From contig CALDIA010000054.1 of assembly GCA_937901455.1 (NCBI GenBank), positions 69,224-133,223 of the forward strand: DNA of 64,000 nt, written 5' to 3'. Position numbers and translations under genes: made by a program. Shown here piece after piece: positions 58,301 to 64,000 of the stretch (position 1 is the stretch's first letter; each line of letters begins with the position of its first letter). The notes below the pieces were generated by a model, which made no database searches, was not told the origin of the DNA, and saw only the letters and a list, made by a program, of their open reading frames with translations. This stretch comes from an uncultured Bacteroidales bacterium (GTDB lineage Bacteria; Bacteroidota; Bacteroidia; Bacteroidales; WCHB1-69).

Positions 58301-59797
58301 GTTATTGATGACGTCATATTCGACGAAGCCGCGCGCTGCAAAGTCGATGATGAGCGCCTTGATGTCCAAGGGTGGCTTGTTGAACCAGCGTATCACATCC
58401 TCAATGGTGATGTCTTCATAACCGGCCGAGTTGAAGAGTTGCCAAAGCGTATAGAGCGGGTTTTCTTTATTGATGCCCTCGATTTCATGCATCACACTCT
58501 CTTCAAAGTAGTTTTGTGATTCAAAAATAGCGGTTTGCTGGCTGGTATTGCCCACGATGGGCTTGAATTCGATACGCTCTTCGTTGGTGTTCCATTGGAT
58601 TGACTCCACGGTAATGTCCAACTTGTGGTATGAGTCGAAGAAGGGGGAGCGCCCGACACCCTGCTTGGGGCGCGAAATCAGCAACTCCTGATTGTCGTTG
58701 TTATACTTGAAATTGGCGGAAGGGTGGTAGATGGAGTCCTCCTCAATGTAAATGCTGACGTGTGCATCTTCGGCCAACAGGTTCGTGGGTTTGATCAGGA
58801 AACTTCGCGATGAGGCCCGGATGATCACTTGGCCATTGCGTTGAATGGTCACATTGGCCAAGGAATCGCCTGATGAGGTGCCATAAATGGAGGCGCCTCG
58901 CAGGTCGAAGCCCCCAATATAGTCCACATTCGGATACAAAGAGGGGATTGACATGGTCTTGTCGTAACTGGCAAAACGCGGATAGGTGGCCTTTTCTTCT
59001 GAAGTAGCCAACACGGCTTTCTCCTCCAGATGCCCCAAAATGGGTGCCGAAAAGAGGTCAGGATAGTAAAACACCGCGTTTTCTGCCGTCAACTGGGCAA
59101 AACGGACATCCACAGTGAAATCATTTAATTCGGCTTTGACACTTTCATCCAAGCCGGCACGCGTCCAAAACACCAATCCCTTTTTTGCCTTGAATTTTAA
59201 CTGTGCCGGATAGTACTTGCCTGCTACTTCAAAAATCTCCAGACTGTCCTGTGTGGAGTGCCCCGTCAGGGTGATCTTGTCGTATTCAAAATACGGTTCC
59301 TCGTCAAAGCCCATTTTCGAAGCCATTGCATCCGACTGCCACCAGACATTGTCCTCCGTATTCAGCACATACCGGGTGAAGATGTCTTCGTATAACTTCA
59401 TCTTTTTCTGATATTGTGTAATGCTGTGGGTGGCATGATACTCTGAAATTTTCAGCCAAGTTTCAGTCTCATCAGAAAAATCACTCAAACAGAAGGCTTT
59501 GAAGGTGTGAATGTAGGCATCAAAATGGGGGAAAGCACGAAACTTATGCTTCAGCATCTTGTTGGATTCCTCGATGAAGGCAAGCTGGTTTTCATAAGTG
59601 GCACTTTGTTCCCACATTTCAGTGAAGAAGTCTAACAAATCCTTCGCTTCTTTCTGGCGGTCTTTGGGTACCGTGGAGAGAAATTCCTTCATCTCCTCAA
59701 CCGTTTTGGCGGGGTCGTTGCTAAAACGGGTGAAACGTTGTGCCTGCAGCCACACAGTACTGCATAGTAGCAGGCAAATCAAGAGGATTTTTTTCAT
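55310..59797 (-). CDS. Large (1,495 aa) signal-peptide protein of unknown function
   Basis: I trimmed the start to MKKILLICLLLCSTVWLQAQ (ATG at 59797). I see no motif I can assign, no T9SS CTD and no lipobox. The tail is acidic (EEEEGEAEDDRE). There is a 2-nt gap after prmA and a 14-nt overlap with the next gene. Confidence 0.7.
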   Translation of the reverse strand: MKKILLICLLLCSTVWLQAQRFTRFSNDPAKTVEEMKEFLSTVPKDRQKEAKDLLDFFTEMWEQSATYENQLAFIEESNKMLKHKFRAFPHFDAYIHTFKAFCLSDFSDETETWLKISEYHATHSITQYQKKMKLYEDIFTRYVLNTEDNVWWQSDAMASKMGFDEEPYFEYDKITLTGHSTQDSLEIFEVAGKYYPAQLKFKAKKGLVFWTRAGLDESVKAELNDFTVDVRFAQLTAENAVFYYPDLFSAPILGHLEEKAVLATSEEKATYPRFASYDKTMSIPSLYPNVDYIGGFDLRGASIYGTSSGDSLANVTIQRNGQVIIRASSRSFLIKPTNLLAEDAHVSIYIEEDSIYHPSANFKYNNDNQELLISRPKQGVGRSPFFDSYHKLDITVESIQWNTNEERIEFKPIVGNTSQQTAIFESQNYFEESVMHEIEGINKENPLYTLWQLFNSAGYEDITIEDVIRWFNKPPLDIKALIIDFAARGFVEYDVINNKIHYRSKIARYLNNQIKKRDYDYIRLESKTHYASLDLLTNDLKITGCEFFVLSDPQIVNVYPMNELVTVKKNRNMVFSGRVIGGLFDFVTHNCNFDYDRFLVDMDIIDTLIMYVEDKDGPMDMYGDYKLQRVRSQIEELSGVLYIDVPGNKSGMTDYPDYPIFEARKGGKVFYDKPEILGGVYDRNRFFYSVNEFRIVNLDNFVIDSMKFSGALISGGIFPDIHEPLQVQKDFSLGFKHQTGGLPMYGTKGGYAGSISLSHEGLRGRGTIDYITSHTFSDSLVFYLDSTNGAANNHVVEEQIAGVEFPPASVEEAYLHWEPYQDQMFIHSRQNPISVFNETELTGNSKITPNGMFGTGIVKFNRADITSRLFAFHHHELFADTADLQIYDLSKNKDNIAFSTRNYNSHVDFKTRKGVFKANGQASEIFFVKNEMKGIASEFEWDPIDSTRLRFKWDDPYKDVDIDNTEIKELVDMHSEGNELYASDPSVGYRFNALSAEFDFTENIIYAHGVRYINVGDAAVTPRGGVVIIREKAEMDRLVGSRLLAGRENKYHELYDCDIKIRTATRLYGNGYYDYVDENQQIQQLYFDTLFFVTKETFGEAKIPIEKNFQFSDQFGFDGRAELHSTQPFLSYFGGVEIRTGCDTIKHARLKILQQVDPNNIMLEVHDRTKDMDERKVVVAIASSNKTGRIYTAFGTAKDEFNDAEYINVFGFIKYDKETHEFIAASKEKLEDPEVVGNIITLNTDQCITTGIGEIDMGAKLGRVKFITNGTVINYMAADSAEMHLTTSIDFFFSDESMKQMNKMLENSTSMDFVDISEDEAFDMSLKSILGREEYQRYTHNMALGNTNRHLPTALQVKFLFSDLFFEWDKDQHTFKSQRTLPLIICGAKQVFKMVPGRIVIEKKGSRNKLYLYFEFDDQFYYFQFENNTVSAYSSDKNFNEGISKIKPKNRSLAPENGLPSFTYKLGNRGWKNKFVKNYFTPEEEEGEAEDDRE

Positions 59798-59799
59798 AG

Positions 59800-60645
59800 T
59801 CAGATTTTTGAAAATTGAACAGCTACCCAGTCGTTTTGTATCTTGTGCGAGCAATAGGTCAACTGGTTGGCTTCACAACATTCACGGATGATGGCCAAAT
59901 CGGGCTCTTCGTAAAAACCGCTCATGAACAGAAGTCCGCCAGGAGCCAGACATTTCACATACGTGGGGATGTCCTGCAAAAGGATGTTGCGGTTGATATT
60001 GGCCAAGATGATGTCGTAAGTGGTGTTTTCTAATAGGGAGGCGTCTCCCAGCAACACCTTGATGTCAGCGCATTGGTTGTGTGCTACATTTTCCAAACCG
60101 TTTTTGTAAGCCCACTCGTCATTGTCTATGGCAGTCACTTCGGAGGCGCCCCGCATCTTGGCGAGGATGGCCAACACACCCGTGCCAGACCCCATATCCA
60201 ACACTCGCTTGCTTGTCATGTTGGTTTCCAATACGTATTCAATCATTTGGGCAGTGGTGGCATGGTGTGCGGTGCCAAACGACATCTTTGGCTCAATGAC
60301 AATTTCATAATCTACATCAGGACGATCCGGATGAAACGGCGCCCTGATATAGCACTTGTCGGCAATGAGTACAGGGGTGTAGTTCGACTCCCACTCGGCA
60401 TTCCAGTTGATGTCGGGCATCTCTTGCACGCTATAAGTTACCGACACATTGTCAAAGCCATGGTTTTCCACTACTTCCTTGAGGGATTCTTCCCGATAGT
60501 CCTGCACGGGAATGTAGCAAAGCAGGTCTTCATCCTTTTCTCCGTCCATAAAACTATCGCAGCCGATGTCATCCATCATGCTGGTAAAAATCTCCTTCCA
60601 CGGCTCTGCGGGGGAGATGTGCAATTGTATTTCAAGATATTTCAT
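59800..60645 (-). CDS. prmA: Ribosomal protein L11 methyltransferase
   Basis: Family blocks are ..FGTAHHATTAQMIEY.. and the SAM-binding motif ..DMGSGTGVLAI... Confidence 0.92.
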   Translation of the reverse strand: MKYLEIQLHISPAEPWKEIFTSMMDDIGCDSFMDGEKDEDLLCYIPVQDYREESLKEVVENHGFDNVSVTYSVQEMPDINWNAEWESNYTPVLIADKCYIRAPFHPDRPDVDYEIVIEPKMSFGTAHHATTAQMIEYVLETNMTSKRVLDMGSGTGVLAILAKMRGASEVTAIDNDEWAYKNGLENVAHNQCADIKVLLGDASLLENTTYDIILANINRNILLQDIPTYVKCLAPGGLLFMSGFYEEPDLAIIRECCEANQLTYCSHKIQNDWVAVQFSKI

Positions 60646-60676
60646 AGGTTAGGCAGGTTAATGAGGAAGGGTGCGG

Positions 60677-62218
60677 CTATATTTCTACAGGCTTTCCGTT
60701 CAAGGAGAACCATAACTCATCTTCCTCACCAGTTTTCTTGTTTTGGATGATGACTTTGTATAAGGTCTGCTTGTCGGCAATTTTCTTAACGGTATAGTAT
60801 TCCAGCACCTTACTGTTTTTGTGTTCTTTTTTGAGATAGTCTTGGATAGTGGTGGAAAGCGCATCTGGCTTGCCCAGCAACCAGGTTTCTACCACTTCCC
60901 CGTAAGGGTTGAAGACGCAAATCTCTTTACCTCGTGCGGTGTAGTAAATGGCCTGGTAGTTCAAGTTGTCATCCTCTTTCCACTCTACGTTGGTTACGCG
61001 CGGATATTTGAGCTTGAAGGCATTTGCGATGGCCTCGGGTACCCGCTGTGAGTCGTCTTCCTTCACACTCATGTTCATCTTTTCGTAGTATTTTTCCAAA
61101 GCATCATCATCAGAGGAGGCTTTGCCGCCACCACCTAACTCATAGTCGGGGTCAATGGTGCGGATAAGCTTGCCTGTTTTGTCAAAGATGATGGTGGTTA
61201 CCAGCTTGGCTTTATAGTTGGCTTTCTCGTAAAACTCCACCATGGTCTTGTCATCCTTGTCGGCACGGGTCTCCTTGACGGCTGATTTGAACTTGAACCC
61301 CTTGTAAAAGTCGTTCAAGTGTTTGAGCATGGGGCCGGTAACTGCCTCTTCGGGCAGAACGGTGAGGGTCTTCTCCCAAAGGCCGTCTTTGGTGATGTAT
61401 ACGGCTGTTTTCTTGCCCGTGTTGATGCATTTGGCCACGTAAGTACTGTCAATCAAGAACCAGTTGAGCTCCTCGGGGTGCATTACCTTTTTGGCAAAAG
61501 CCTTGGTAACCACTTGCGGCACTTCAGCGGTCTTGATGGCAATATTGCCGTATTCGTCTTTTACAACAGGCTCTGGCTTCTCTTTTTTCTCTTTGGGAGC
61601 CTTGGGCTCTGCAGGCTTGCTCTCTTTTACAGGCTTGGGCTCCGCTGCCGGTTTAGGCGCAGGCGCAGGCTTGGTCTCTTTCTCAGATTTTGGCGCAGGT
61701 TTCTCTGCCACCGCCTTCGGATCCTTGAAGTCCTCCGGATCTACCCGACTCAACAACTCGTTTTGCCCCGTGGTGCTGAAGGTCAACTTTGAAGGCTTAT
61801 AGCCTATGCCATCAGGCTTCACCTCTAAATAATAGTGCGTTTTCTCATTCTCTTTTTCCTCCAAACATGATTCGGAAATGGCAAACTCCGGATAGTTTTC
61901 TTTCACATATGCCGTAATGGCGGAGGGCAATTCTCCTTGGGGCACCGCAAAGGTGGTGCGCAACCACTCGCCTGCCGATGAAATGTACACCTTCCCAGTC
62001 GCACCCTCATCCTTAATGGTGGCGACATATTCATTGCCATTTTTGAACCAACTCGTCACTTTTGCATACGAATATTGCATATCCAAGGCCTGCGTTACAT
62101 CGTCAGGTACATCAGCAGGTTTGAGTTTCTGAGCCGAAAGAGGGTTAAATCCAAATGTAAGTATTTGAATTACTGATAATAAGATTAATAATCTCTTCAT
62201 AATTAGCACCTTTTTCAT
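60677..62218 (-). CDS. Secreted protein with several PepSY-like (DUF2874-type) modules and a Pro/Lys-rich linker
   Basis: It has a signal peptide. Modules with the P..V...F...YP.A....W pattern recur. The linker is KPAPKSEKETKPAPAPKPAAEPKPVKESKPAEPKAPKEKKEKPEP. Confidence 0.6.
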   Translation of the reverse strand: MKKVLIMKRLLILLSVIQILTFGFNPLSAQKLKPADVPDDVTQALDMQYSYAKVTSWFKNGNEYVATIKDEGATGKVYISSAGEWLRTTFAVPQGELPSAITAYVKENYPEFAISESCLEEKENEKTHYYLEVKPDGIGYKPSKLTFSTTGQNELLSRVDPEDFKDPKAVAEKPAPKSEKETKPAPAPKPAAEPKPVKESKPAEPKAPKEKKEKPEPVVKDEYGNIAIKTAEVPQVVTKAFAKKVMHPEELNWFLIDSTYVAKCINTGKKTAVYITKDGLWEKTLTVLPEEAVTGPMLKHLNDFYKGFKFKSAVKETRADKDDKTMVEFYEKANYKAKLVTTIIFDKTGKLIRTIDPDYELGGGGKASSDDDALEKYYEKMNMSVKEDDSQRVPEAIANAFKLKYPRVTNVEWKEDDNLNYQAIYYTARGKEICVFNPYGEVVETWLLGKPDALSTTIQDYLKKEHKNSKVLEYYTVKKIADKQTLYKVIIQNKKTGEEDELWFSLNGKPVEI

Positions 62219-62238
62219 ATTTTATAAAAAATAGGTGC

Positions 62239-62246
62239 CAAAAATA
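62239..62246 (-). promoter_or_regulatory. -7 box TATTTTTG for the PepSY-like/prmA/large-protein/DAHPS/S41 unit
   Basis: The reverse complement of caaaaata lies 21 nt upstream of the ATG at 62218. Confidence 0.5.
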
Positions 62247-62286
62247 CAAAAAAAATTTGTTGTAAGATAAATTCACTCACTGAAAT

Positions 62287-62312
62287 AAAAAAAAAGCCCC
62301 GAAATTCGGGGC
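62287..62312 (-). terminator. Rho-independent terminator after tRNA-Phe
   Basis: The hairpin GCCCCGA-AAT-TCGGGGC is followed by T9 on the minus strand, 3 nt after the tRNA 3' end. Confidence 0.85.
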
Positions 62313-62315
62313 TCG

Positions 62316-62388
<73 letters not shown>

Positions 62389-62407
62389 ATCTCAGTGATT
62401 GAGGCTG

Positions 62408-62415
62408 CAAAAATA
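62408..62415 (-). promoter_or_regulatory. -7 box TATTTTTG for tRNA-Phe
   Basis: The reverse complement of caaaaata lies 20 nt upstream of the mature 5' end. Confidence 0.55.
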
Positions 62416-62550
62416 CATTTTTTTTAAATTGATGCACCTCTTTTCCAAAATATTTTTAAAAATCTTATAATTAATGACTTATGTAATTTTGACAGCAGTC
62501 AATTTCCTACAATTCCCTCACTAATGCAGGCTATTTTCGGAAAATAATCA

Positions 62551-63321
62551 CTATTCGTAGGATATGGTGACAGTGCTGTACTCCCCAATGTCCGCCAAAA
62601 TGGATACCTTGCCCTGGTAATATGCAATTTCTAAGCAACCTAATGGATTGTTAGTTAGGATAAAGCTTTGCTTATCCTCGTAATTATCAGAGTATAAAAC
62701 TGTTTGCCACTCATTGCTACTTCTTATAACAGCCTTGAAAGGACGATTGCCGACCGCCTCCTTGAATAATGGGACCGGAATATTGGTGATGGCATTGAAA
62801 AAAGCATCCACATACATGACTTTTCCCTCTATCAAGCGCTGGTTTTTATTGTGAAATGCGGGCTCTAAAAGACTGATATGAAAATCGTTGTATGCTGTTG
62901 TACAGCTTTCCACAGTGTCTTTTGCAACAGCATCAACCAAGCGAAGAATTTTGTCAATGGCACAAAGATGGTCATCTACATATTGACGCCCTACCATGGG
63001 GATTCCGGCATCTTTGAACATCATGGAGAAGATGCCATTGTCCTCTCCAATAAAATGATGCTCTTCAAAGGTATAGAGAACAGGATGATAGGTGGAGGAA
63101 AAAGAAGTATTGGTGAGGATAAGATGAATGGACCCTTTTGGGAAACGATGGAAACTTTGCTTCATCAAAAAAGCCGTTTGCCCAATGTTATACATGTCAA
63201 GGTGGTGCGTGATGTCCAAGATCACGGCGTCAGCTGCTGCGTCAAGCAACGAAGCTTTGAAGAATGCTATGTATGGGTCTCTTAGTCGCCAGTCGCTGAT
63301 AAGGGTAATTATAGGTCTCAT
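62551..63321 (-). CDS. SAM hydrolase / SAM-dependent halogenase (DUF62) family protein, divergent
   Basis: I trimmed the start to MRPIITLISDWRLRDPYIAFFKASLL. Overall length and the N-terminal block resemble the family (canonical ..TLTTDFG..D.YVG.MKG..). Confidence 0.6.
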   Translation of the reverse strand: MRPIITLISDWRLRDPYIAFFKASLLDAAADAVILDITHHLDMYNIGQTAFLMKQSFHRFPKGSIHLILTNTSFSSTYHPVLYTFEEHHFIGEDNGIFSMMFKDAGIPMVGRQYVDDHLCAIDKILRLVDAVAKDTVESCTTAYNDFHISLLEPAFHNKNQRLIEGKVMYVDAFFNAITNIPVPLFKEAVGNRPFKAVIRSSNEWQTVLYSDNYEDKQSFILTNNPLGCLEIAYYQGKVSILADIGEYSTVTISYE

Positions 63322-63361
63322 TGTCAGAAATTTTTCGCGGCAAACCTTAGTTTTGCCGCTG

Positions 63362-63369
63362 CAAAAATA
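63362..63369 (-). promoter_or_regulatory. -7 box TATTTTTG for the DUF62 gene
   Basis: It lies inside the track ORF 5' extension, 41 nt upstream of the ATG at 63321. Confidence 0.5.
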
Positions 63370-63480
63370 AACAAAAAAGGGACACATCAACCTGACTCAA
63401 AAATGAAGTGCTGATTTGTTTTTTCGGGGCTCGGATAGATGTTAGTGCCGATACCAGGTTTGTGACATCCGAAAAAAGAT

Positions 63481-63488
63481 TATTTTTG
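63481..63488 (+). promoter_or_regulatory. -7 box TATTTTTG for the M64 peptidase gene
   Basis: It lies 45 nt upstream of the ATG at 63533. Confidence 0.5.
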
Positions 63489-63532
63489 CGACATCAAATA
63501 GCGCTTCGTTTAAAGTTCAAAATCAGATTGCA

Positions 63533-64000
63533 ATGAAATCAAGACTTTTCCCTTTATGCCTGTGCTTCTTATGCTGCTCCATTTTTGCAAAAGCCCAGCA
63601 TTTTGACCAGTATTTTGAAGACAAAACTGTCAGAATAAACTATATGCATGTCGGAAATTCCCAGACAGAGCGCATTTTGCTTGATCACTATACAGTGGGC
63701 AACGGCTGGTTTGGCACCCGTTCTTTTTTGGAGGAGCCCTACCAATATGGTGATATCATGATCAGGGTTTTCGATTCGATATCTGAAAAGTTGCTGTATA
63801 GTCGCAGCTATTCCAACCTCTTTTGCGAGTACAGGACCACGGAACGCGGCGCTACCGAAATAGCCGAGATGGAGGAGTGTGTCAATATTCCGATGCCGAA
63901 AAATACGGTCAGATTGGAGTTCACCTCCTTTGATCGCAGCCGCAGGCCATCCCAACTGCTCTCTGTTTATTTCAATCCTCGATTGACACCCGTTCAACAT
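63533..64000 (+). CDS. M64 (IgA-peptidase-like) family metallopeptidase, N-terminal part, 3'-truncated by the window
   Basis: This ORF is not in the track because it has no stop in the window. My translation is MKSRLFPLCLCFLCCSIFAKAQHFDQYFEDKTVRINYMHVGNSQTE..MIRVFD.., which matches the M64 N-terminal domain pattern. The 143-aa antisense track ORF (63569-64000) is rejected in its favour. Confidence 0.65.
   Translation, partial: MKSRLFPLCLCFLCCSIFAKAQHFDQYFEDKTVRINYMHVGNSQTERILLDHYTVGNGWFGTRSFLEEPYQYGDIMIRVFDSISEKLLYSRSYSNLFCEYRTTERGATEIAEMEECVNIPMPKNTVRLEFTSFDRSRRPSQLLSVYFNPRLTPVQH

Noticed and set aside
63569-64000. A 143-aa minus-strand track ORF at the window end.
   Set aside because: The plus strand carries a better gene from ATG 63533, with a signal peptide, an M64 N-terminal-like sequence and its own -7 box.

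Overview
The window looks like a core chromosomal region of a Bacteroidota (Bacteroidales-like) genome. Three things support this: exact TAnnTTTG -7 promoter boxes sit before most transcription units, type IX secretion (T9SS) genes are present (SprA, a GldB-like lipoprotein, two cargo proteins with T9SS C-terminal domains), and there are FISUMP and PepSY-like families. I call about 47 protein genes, 2 tRNAs (Arg-CCG, Phe-GAA), 1 frameshifted pseudogene, 25 promoter boxes, 4 terminators (one weak), one intergenic dyad cluster and 3 repeat features. Most genes are housekeeping: secA, nfo, rsmE, an ABC-F ATPase, ridA, priA, yggS, polA, ssb, cinA, xerD, a ClC channel, der, gcvH, frr, purD, ruvA, serC/serA, purN, sod, hutI, an S41 protease, DAHP synthase-chorismate mutase and prmA. 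Genes are tightly packed into apparent operons, with several ATGA or few-nt overlaps. I found no CRISPR array, transposase, phage or plasmid module, reverse transcriptase, or recognisable defence or toxin-antitoxin system, so I cannot honestly claim a new multi-gene system. The best leads are: (1) a 1,495-aa secreted protein of no family I recognise, wedged between prmA and the aromatic amino acid gene; (2) an AT-rich insert between serC and serA carrying an Avd-like four-helix-bundle gene broken by a C5/G5 homopolymer frameshift; (3) a lipoprotein with a metallothionein-like CC-repeat tail; (4) overlapping dyad symmetries in the ridA/ABC-F spacer; (5) a 9-bp periodic repeat next to tRNA-Arg; (6) a Phe-rich uORF in a long leader before a flavin oxidoreductase/2-hydroxyacid dehydrogenase pair. 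All family calls come from motif reading of the translations. No database search was run.
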